DNA of 64,000 nucleotides from Raillietiella orientalis (Eukaryota): NCBI GenBank assembly GCA_036172245.1, contig JAYWIR010000006.1, positions 682,001 to 746,000 of the forward strand, read 5' to 3'. Shown piece by piece: positions 51,010 to 61,007 of this stretch (position 1 is its first letter; each line of letters starts with the position of its first letter). The notes under the pieces were generated by a model. It saw only the letters and a program-made list of their open reading frames with translations, ran no database searches and was not told where the DNA came from. The position numbers and the translations under genes were made by a program.

Positions 51010-54000
51010 TTTATTTTCAACCGAGAATGGTTATGATTACAGATTTTTACACATTTTTGCTGTGAAATTCATTTGCAACTTTTTCATTTCACTTTTTCTT
51101 ATTTTCTTTGCTTAGATTCTAATTATCCACCCATATCATAAATTAGTTCCAAAACCAAAGTCCAAAGCCAGTTTTTCACAAGAACTAAGACCTCTCTTTA
51201 GGATTGACTATAAGGTTTCCTTAGAAATTACATCAAATGCTGCTGTTGCACCACTGCTCATGAGCTTCATGAGTGTCCGTGTTTGGTGCTTGATCCTGGA
51301 GTAGGGTTTTTATTTCCCAAATGCTATCATGCTAACCATTAACATAGATCAAATTGTTTTGGAAACCGAATTTTGCCTACAATTGTTTTATCTAAGGTAA
51401 TGTAAACTAAATCTTGAACTCAGTTTTGTTCATTAACCTTAACTGGCAACGCCCTCGAAAATTCAATAAATTTTTGTATTAGTGCATTTATCTTAAAAAC
51501 GGTGTTTTCATTCGTATGTTTTGGACCCTTCAAGTTCAAATGCGCCCAGAGATATGTTTCATTTGCATGTGAATTACATATTTTATTTTTATGTGTTACA
51601 TAAGGAACTAGCCTACTGTTATGACCTGTTTGTATGGAAACCTCACCTTGGATGCAACGAAATGAGCGAATTCCCTGCCCAGTGGCTCAGAATTAGATAA
51701 GTGCACACTCCCGAAAACGTGAAACGGCACCATGTCAGTGCTCACAGATGCTCAGGTGTTTCAGTTTTCTGCTGAACGTGGCTTGCCGACAAATTGGATC
51801 AGTGGGCCAAGGTTGTTCCGTGTTTTATAATTCTTGAATGTTTTCATATGCATTGCAATGCAAATGGATCTGATCACAGGATTTCATGTAGGATTGCCCG
51901 TCAAGTTGCATTTGGCCAGTTCGTCAGCCAGTTGACAGCATTCCCGAATGCTTTCGAGAATGGATGCCCAGGATAGAGGATGCTTCTTGGACTTTGCATC
52001 GGAGACTTCGAATAACTAGAGCATAAATTCGCGCGGTAAATTCATTTTTCAGAATTCCATGCTATATTGCACATGGTTTTTCGACAAACTCGGCCCTCTC
52101 GCTAGTACGAAATTTCTCTTTCCACAACTTGCTTTTTCAGGTCACACGCGGGTTTTCTACGTCCAAAAGGTAGAACCTTGGATCTCCAAGTTTGCACACA
52201 TCTCGACTACCTCGTTACTTACGGTCAAACGGCTTTAAGACCCTGTAATTGCCCTCTTTGCATCGTCGCATCAGTAAGATCACTATAGACTATTCAGGTC
52301 ACCAGAACAGCTGGAATGATTTACAGTTTTTTATGATCTGGCTGGGAACAGGGTATCTCTGGCTTACAAGCCAGCTCGTATTTGTGATGGACTCCAGACA
52401 GGATCGTATTTCATTATCATATCAGCTTTTTTCGCCTTTATCCAATATGTAACCCGTCTGGAACATGATGATTTCTTTCTTTCCAACATGATTTCTTGTG
52501 CAAGCATGGATGCTATTCCTGTTTCTAAGACGTTAGACGTGAACGCCAACGCACCGATCTTGACCTGCTCCAGTTGCTTTCAATGTTACGGAAGTGCATA
52601 TTTGCCCTTCGACTTCGATTGCATTCAGTTTACCGGAATCTTCAATAGTTGCATGCTTCACAGTATCAGTTGAAATGTGTGTTCCTTGGCATTTATTTTC
52701 TCTAGAAGAGATTGGTTATTTTCGGAAGAGAAATGCAAATCCTCACTGACTGTCAGTAGCTTTACTTTGTCTGTAACTCCGAGGCCGTAAACAAAGTGAA
52801 ATTTATGGTTGGAATGAAGTATTTTCAGACGTTCTTTTGGAAGTGTCGAAATCCAGATTGTTAAGTCATAGTCTTTTATCTCTTCTACTTCTCATTTGTC
52901 CCTTCGGCTGCCATTTTCAACGATTGGCTTCCAACCTTCCCGCATAATCAGTGTACTCGTTCACAAAACGAACAATAAAGTTTCAATCTTGGAAGAATCC
53001 ACATTTTGCTTGAATTGCTCGGGAATTATTCTGATCGGCCCATTTTGAACGACGACTGGCCATACCTTGCAGTCCACTTTCAGAGTGGCTGGCCCACACA
53101 GTCAGTTTCCAGCGTGGCTGACTTGTCTCCTGTCTAGGCGTAGGTTAGTGACACAGCGGTCCCCACGATTCCGAAAGCTGCCTTGGACGCGTAGGGTGCT
53201 GCCGCCGCCTCCATGACGTTCATCGTTTCCTGCCAAGTCCCCAGCCTTATCCACCCATTTCATCGCCCGCTGACTGGGCAAAGGAGGTGTAGCCTTGAGG
53301 AGTGGCACTGTCGTAGACTGAGCTCACTGTTGTAAGCGTGAGGTTTCGTGGACATGACTTGTTGCTGGCACAGCCCTATCATGGTTCTGGGAGATCCTAC
53401 GGCTTCATTTTATTGGAGCCCTCCATTGCAAGACTGCAGCGTGCTGTGCAGCTCAGCTCACGCAACTTTACAGCCTCACAGCCACAACAGTGAGCCTATG
53501 ATCGTGCCTCTACTAAAGATTACCTCCTTTTCCCTGTCAGCAGGCGGTAGGATGGTTCATTTATCCACAATTCCTTACAACAGAAGGAAAACAAACAGAA
53601 GGAATAAAAGTGTCTCTATAAAGCGTGAATTTTATTGTTTGGTACTGGTTCTTTCCATATTTATGATCCTGAGATCATGCATTGTTCCGGGGATTATTGT
53701 TCGAGTCTTCATGTTGTATCGCTGGATGAACGAAGGGACTCTCCTGCTTTCCTTTCCCCGATGTCCATTTCTCTATTCAGCAGTCCCGTCATGTCTGGCC
53801 ATTGCGTGAGCACCTCTTCGCCGTTTGGTTGTGCTTAGCCATTCTCGTAGTAGTGTTTATAGGGCCTCCCGAATTGGACTGTTCTGCCAACTAGTTTATT
53901 GAGGTATCACTTTCCAGCAGCGCATAAGATGTGAAGCAGATTTTCGGATGCTCCACACTCCACACGAAAGACTTCATTGGGGATGCCCCATCAAGTGCCG

Positions 54001-57000
54001 AATCCTCCCTCCACGAAGAGTATCACTATGTGAAAAGCAGGGAGTGGTCTTGGACGTCTACTGGTAGATCGGGTCTCCACAGCTCTCTTTCGCTAAGCAA
54101 CTAAGGTCCGAAGTCTCATACGTGATCTGTGTTCTTCCTGAGGCGCCATTCGTCAGTCCCGCCTGGTCCACATGTTCACTCGAATTCATTCAAACCTGAA
54201 CATCTGCCACAGGTCCTTGGATTTGCAGATTACCCAGTCCTGAATCTGTGTTTTGTATCCGAACAGACCCGATTCCTGCACATTGCTGCTTAGCAAGGAC
54301 TGTTGGCGTCCTCGCCGTCAATCTTCATTCTCTGGCCTTCTTGGGAGCCACTTTTCTGTTGCCCAAGAGACAGGAATGTGGAGACACAAAGGCTGGCTTT
54401 TTTTCGGGGACTCTGATATCCTCACGCTTCTGTTGGCTGGTTGCTCGGCTAGGTTGAATTCGACTTTATCCTCCTGTCCTGGGTTTCCCGATAGGGACGG
54501 TCATCGTGCCATCTATTCCATCAATCAGTCCTTTAATAAGCTGCATGGTCATAGATTGCGCATTGTTCTGGTCACGCAATCCGCATGTGAACTGCATCCT
54601 ATCAAACACCTCATGAACTCTATTCCTACTCAAAATCCAGCATACGCTGTATTCTAAGCAGTTAAGTACTTATACAATGTAAACTGTGTTCTAATTAGTT
54701 GCAATAGGTTCGATTAGCTTCCATAGGTTTGCCAGCTGTGGCGTGTCCTGTAAGGAGCTCAGGGTGAGAAGGGAAGTAGTGCAAAGGAGTGTCCACTGCC
54801 ATTTGTAGCCGTTGTATCCTACCTTATCTCGTGATGCATTTTTAAGTTTTATCTCCGGGAAACTTTTATGATTCATATTTTTCGACGGATCGCTTTGTCA
54901 TTAACTGCATTAACCGAATTCTTAACGATATTTGTCCCAAGGATGAACAGGTGACTAATCGTCGTTTTTATTCCGGTTCCTTTCGCAAGGCTCGTTCAAA
55001 TTTTGGGGTTAATTAGCGCACATCGATCACAAACATACTTGAAATAGTAAACGAACTACTAATGTGCAACCGATGATAAACTCATGTTCTGGAATTTCAA
55101 AACTCAATGATATGAAAGCAGCTATGCACGAAGAAGTGGTTATCAAGAGAAACACTCTGATAGCAGACCTAACTTCGTTTAGACCTATTTAGACTTTGTG
55201 AGTTGGACAATTCTTTGATCGTTCGGCGACTTTTCCTAGCAAAGTTCCACTCTGGAAAGAAACGAACTTGAGAAACTGATTACGAGTTTGGAGGGGTAAA
55301 TGAATAACGGAGCAAACTGCCATCATCTCGGAAAGAGGCAGAACCCGTGTTTCTTTTGACTCTGATTCTTTCTGAAAACAGATCCTTTCGGAAAACGAGA
55401 TAAATGCGGATAAGATAGATGCTTCTTTAACATCAAGATCGCTTCAACATGTGCAGTTCTTGACTCCATTCCGTTGAAAGGAACGTCAGCATGGGTGTTC
55501 ATTAATAATACTAAGACACAGGGATACCAACGGCTCTCCCTAGGCGTCAAGCGAGCTTTTTCGAATCATTCGTGCACTATGTACATGAAGTATGAAGGAT
55601 TCATTGAAAAGGTGATTCAATCCTGTATTTCACTTTTTATGAATTTATGTACATCAAAAGAGCTGAGGAAACTTTGAGACAACGTGTGCAGTTTCGTTAA
55701 GGAAACTCGGCAACTAGTAGGAACTTGCAAAAGAATGAGCTAAATTTCCTTGAACAAACAGCGGATGCTGAAACCCTTGGAAGGTTGTTGCGTGGAAGAG
55801 CCAGATTTTCAAACTTGCTATTCGGAGGATTTATGAGGTTGGGTTTAGGAAAAAGGATTGCGAATGCATCATTTGTTGGTGCATGCTGTATTTAGACCGT
55901 TGGTATTCCTGTGCTCAGTGTTTGCAATTCGTAGAAACAAGAACAGCCACGATTCCTCAAAAACAAGGAGTGTGGGAGTAAGGTCGGTTTAGCGAGTTTT
56001 CCCTTTTTTTAGGAGTTATTATAGCAGTTTTTTTTCCTTTTTACCTGATAGAATTCGTATAATATTCAGGAAGCGGAGGGATTGTGGAAATCTCTTTAAA
56101 AGTGATTTATGGATATCGAATGTGATTAACTGCAAGAGGTAGGAAGTGGAGTGCATGGGTTGAGGTTAAATCATTTTGTTCTTTTAGAGATTTTAGATGG
56201 TTGTAGGTGGTTGTGGGTGTCATGCTGGTTGACGGCAATGATCCGAGGTATATCAGTTATGGAAGAATACGTAGCGGATGTGAGTGGTATTGTTGGCTGA
56301 ATGCTGATTACGATAACGGAAGTAACGGGGGGGAAGAGGGGCAGGGTAGGAAGTGCTGTAAACAGAAACTCGCTGACAGTGTTCCGAAACTCAGACTTCT
56401 TGGGGAAGATGTAGGAGGGACGCGAGGCTGAGCACCGATGGAAACGTGGCGCACTTCAACTATCCACACGTTTCATTTTCAGTTCAGAGGAAGACCATGG
56501 AAATGCTGAGGCAAATGGAAAATTCTGGAAAATTTCTTCGGACAACAGGATCCTCCTCTTCATTCCCTGGATAGGAGTTGCTAAGGAAGCTCTGTGAAAG
56601 GAACCAGTGAGCTCATCTACAAATGCTTCAGACCACAAGCTGATGTGAGTCCAAACACTGATTTTGCCTTGACGCCACGATGATTTTTCACCCTTAGCGA
56701 TCGCAGTTCTTGCTTTGAACTCATCGCTGTATGTTTAAACCTCCATCTTGCCTCCTCCCTTCCTCTTCCCCTCCTCTTTCTCCTCCTTTGGGTCTCCTTG
56801 TCCTCCTTCTCCCTTTCTCTTCCTCTTTCTCCTCTTCTCCCTTCCTCCCTTCCTGCTTCTTGTCCTTCCTTCTTTCCCTTCCACACGTCGCCGAATGCAT
56901 GCCCCTCCTCCATCCAAACTCTGCCCTCGGGAGCCATTAGCACCAGGAGATTGACTCTTACCGCCCCCTTCCTCCTTTATTTATTTCCGCTTCCCCCCCC

Positions 57001-60000
57001 CCCTCCCCGAAGCGCTGTCCGCCACGAGTCCGGTACCCGCGTGGGTTCGTGTCGCACTCCAGGCGCACTCGGTCGACCTGCAGCAGAGTCCTTTCGTTTC
57101 TTTTCCGCAGGAGGATGGCCAGACGCACCTGGAATGAGCGTGATCTTCTCTTGTCCTTCCTCAAGCTCCCTTCGGACGGAGGTCACGCTTCTCTCCCCTT
57201 CCTACTACATCTCCCGTGGCTGCGTCGGGGCAGGTGAGGACCAGCGCACAGCCCCAGGGCTGACCCGGAACTTCCCGGGAAAGCACCGGAGTTTCGAGGT
57301 CTCCCCGAGGCCCGGCCCCGGACACAATTCAGACAAGGGCCAAAGCATACATGAGTGACTCAACTTTTTCAAAGGCAAAAAAATCTGTGCCCAAGCACGA
57401 GGGGGACAAAGCTCGTTGCTGACGTCCTTGTGGACATCCGTTTCCATGCGTTGGGAAACGGAGCGCAACCAATCCAACCTGGTGATCCAGCACGTCTCCA
57501 CGAAGAAGGTCGCAGGCAAGAGGCGCTCTGAGTAATGCGGAAGAGGCAAGAAGAATTCTTTCTACCAAATAAGGCACGAACGAGACAGCTAAGAGGACTT
57601 TTTTTTTTTTGGTTCGCTAAGTACCTCAGAGCCGGTCGCGTGCCTCGCGGCGCACTTGGCTCTTATAAACACTGTTTTGTTTCCACGCCTCTCCGCCCGC
57701 GGCAACCCGCAGGGGGCGTGTAATTCTTCAGGATAGAGGGCACCCTGGGATGGGGATCCGCCCTATGAATCCAGGAAGGGCTCGGAGTCCGTTCCTCTCA
57801 CGCCTGGGGAGGGATCCTCCCCGGACGTGGGGATCGCATCTTCCACCCTGGTTGTCTCCGAAGGGGGACCCCGAAGGGAACGTCATTCCCCATTCTCTCC
57901 GTAGGGACCCCTCCCTCAATGGGGAGGGACTGTCCTCTCCATTTCAACTTCTCCGAAGGGAACCCGGAAAGGATCTGTTAGTAGGAATTTCTTCTCCGGA
58001 GGGAAGCCGCAAGGGAACCTCTCCTGTTCACTCCTTCGAAATTCAGAAGGGATGCTGCAGCTTCCCGCAGGGAATCGCTCTCGCTTGCTTCCTTGTGCAT
58101 TCTGTGAAGAGGCGACGACTCGGAGGGACCCCTGCAACAGGGGGGGTCCGCTCCGCTCCTTTGAACAACTGGAGAGGTGCCCGTGAGAGCTCCTGCTCCA
58201 TCTTGGAACCGGAGGGGTCCCCTGGTGCGGAGGGTCAGCTCTCCGTTGCACGACTGGAGGGGGAACTCCCCACTCCTTTATTCCTGAGAAGACCCGAACG
58301 TCAACTCCCATTGTTCCGGCCTTCATCGGGGGCCTCCGGCTTTATCCACCGCCGGTGCCACGCCCGAATGATTAGGCCAACCAGCGCCGTTGCAGGAGAA
58401 ACTTGGAACCCAACGACGCAGTGGCGTCAGTTTCTGCCGAAGTATTCGAACCCGCGACGCATGGTGCCACGCGCGGAAGCCTTAACCACAGAGCCTCCGA
58501 CGCGGGCAAGAGGACTTCTGCGCAGCACCGCTGACTTCGTGGGGGTTCCAGGATCGTCAGAACCAGGACACAGAAGGGTTAGGAGTAAGATGAGTGGGAA
58601 AAGGGTGATAACGTCAATGGACATCTGTGCGGAAGAAGAGAGCAATCGAGAGAGGAAGAAAAAGAGCAGATTTTCGTCAGACTCAAGCTCAGGTGGGAGG
58701 ATGCTACCAGTAGAGGGAGGAAGCGATGCAAGTTAGGGATTCTCGAGGACACATTTCGAAATGGCGATCTCCTCGCTGGTGACCCAGAAGAGGTCGCAGA
58801 GAGAAACCATTACCAAGAAATCGACCTTTTTTTTTTTTTTCCTCTGCAGAGGCAGAGACCTCCGACCTCCAGAGAAGGCGCCGCACGCCTGCAGCTCAGA
58901 GAGCACCAGTCGGCCTCCCAATGCTCTGCGTATGTCTCCTAAAGCGGGTCCAAAATTCTGCAGATCTCAACTTGCTGTAGGCAGGTATGCATGTGTACAA
59001 ACTGTATACGTAATACAGCGCTCGGATATCTACAGTGTGGAATTCATGCGTAATTCATGTCCTGTGCATCCGCACGAATCCTCAAAAGACCTCAGCAACG
59101 TTCTTTCATTCTTTCTCTTGTTCTTTCATCGTTCTGTAATGGTGAGTTCAAAGAGGAAGCAGAGAGACCGTTTCTCCAGGGTCTCCCCCAATCCCTCATT
59201 CTTCGTGCCGCCCACTGCCAACTACCTCGCCGGAACCCCCATCCCTTCCATGGATATTCGCCTCAAGGTCAGGGTGCTTTCCTTTCATGATGCTGCTGCG
59301 ACGCACCATTTGGTTGCATCGCTATCTGCGAGGAAGAACTTCCGGCAAGGAACCTCGTCGGGTCGAGGTCCCCAGGACGTCGCGCGGGTGCAGCAGGCGG
59401 CAACCTGTGCCTTGAGCCCGCACCCCTACGACCCGAAAACCATCCGCTCAAAGACGGAACTGCGTCGGGAGTGCAACCTATCCCTGAGATCATCCTGAAA
59501 ATCGGGAGTCTTTCGGTTTCGAATTTCCCGCGTGCACACACCTTCCGGGCCGCGGGGCACAAGGATGCCTCAGGACACACCGGCTCGCACCGCCTTCCAG
59601 CATGCCTACCACACTGTTAAGGCAGAAGGAAGCAGCATCGCACGTATGGGTCCATCTCTCGGGGGATTCCGCGCTCTTCCTCCTGCCTACGTTTGGAGAA
59701 GCCTCCGAGAGAAGGGGCGGTGCTCTCCTTTTGCCCTGAGGCGAAGTAGGAGATGGCGTCGTCTTCATACCAGCATACGGGTGTCACAGATAAAAGGGTT
59801 TCGCCTGTGGTGGACTGGAAAGGGGCAAAGGTTGCACTCAGGGGAGTCGCCGAGGGGTTCCCGGGATCGAAGACCTCTGGGAACGGGTTCTCCGGATAAA
59901 GGGATGCTGCTTCCGCTCCTTCAGAACAAACTTCGAGGGAGGAGGTCGCTCGGCTGTCGCTTGAAGAAGAGGAATCCAAAATCCCTCGACCTCTAGCTCC

Positions 60001-60169
60001 TGGGGGCCTCGGAGGGGAGGTCTTCCTTCCCCCCCTTCCCCACGAGACGCCTGCGCTACCCTCCTTTGCAGCATCCGGGCAGAGTCCGAAGCGTCGCCTG
60101 CCCGCCCACCCAAGTTCCCTCTTCACTTCCTGAAAGGCCAAGTGGTCTGGAACTATCCGGGAGGGAGTT

Positions 60170-60739
60170 TTATAAAGTCTGGTCGAAGTGGATGACTTTC
60201 TTGCAGTCCCCGTTGGCGTTGACGCGGTACCCCTCGGGGCACTCCTTCGTCTGCACGTGGATAATGGAGCTGATCGTGGACCCCTCCCGGATGAGGTCGA
60301 TGGCGTTGTGGACTCCGGCGTCGACTGCTTCAAAGAGCGTCTGCACCGTGGCGTCCACCAACTTGCCCAGGGTGACGTCCGGACCGATGGTTCCAGCCTT
60401 CCTGCCGACTGTCGCCTGAATAACTTCCTTCAGCGTCATGCTAGAGATCCTTTGCCAGTCTCCGTTGCCACCTCCTAGGGCCTTCACGATGCGGCGCAGC
60501 TGGAGGCTGCTTCTGGACCCGGAGAGCGCCTTCTCTAGAGAGGGCACCCAGGGAGACTCAGCTCCTCCGGTCTCCTTGAACGCCGAGACCTGTCTCTCCA
60601 GGAAACCCACGAAGTCGTCGATGGCCGCCTGCAGCGCCTGTTCCCGGGAAGCCGTGGGCGTCACCACAGGCGTCCCGAGGATCCTGACGGGAGACGGCAG
60701 CAGCGCCCACACTACCACGAGGAGGACGGCCGGCTCCAT
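60170..60739 (-). CDS. Secreted precursor with C-terminal growth-blocking-peptide/ENF/secapin-like two-Cys motif, 189 aa
   Basis: Uninterrupted ORF with strong GC3 bias and signal peptide MEPAVLLVVVWALLPSPVRILG. The only two cysteines lie in CPEGYRVNANGDCKK. TATAAA at 61007-61002 and a likely 5'UTR intron 60901-60755 (CAG|GTGAGT...CTCCAG|). The gene call is strong; the family call is motif-based. Confidence 0.8.
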   Translation of the reverse strand: MEPAVLLVVVWALLPSPVRILGTPVVTPTASREQALQAAIDDFVGFLERQVSAFKETGGAESPWVPSLEKALSGSRSSLQLRRIVKALGGGNGDWQRISSMTLKEVIQATVGRKAGTIGPDVTLGKLVDATVQTLFEAVDAGVHNAIDLIREGSTISSIIHVQTKECPEGYRVNANGDCKKVIHFDQTL

Positions 60740-61001
60740 GCTACCACTACCGCTCTGGAGTGACCACCACTACCACCACGGTTTTTCCGAGAAAACACCT
60801 GCTTTCCCATCAGAGAGGGTCGCTATCCTTCGTTCCGTCCCCAGGCACTCCCTCCCTACCTCTTTCCCTGGCCCTCTCATTCTTTCCCTGGTCCCACTCA
60901 CCTGTAGATCTGCCGACGGGTTCCTTGTGCCCTGAGGTGCAGTATCCTCCGCCAGCGCATCTGAAGGTGCACAGGATCCCGCGCGGTCCAGTGGGCTCGC
61001 C

Positions 61002-61007
61002 TTTATA
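61002..61007 (-). promoter_or_regulatory. TATA box (TATAAA) of the secreted-precursor gene
   Basis: CCTATAAAGG on the minus strand, about 100 nt upstream of a consensus splice donor. Confidence 0.7.

Noticed and set aside
51676..51745. tRNA/SINE-like A-box start (CAGTGGCTCAGAATTAG)
   Set aside because: No B-box or T-arm (GTTCRA) and no cloverleaf.
57750..59996. 328-aa and 245-aa plus-strand ORFs
   Set aside because: Low-complexity translations without codon bias; one crosses a poly-T tract.
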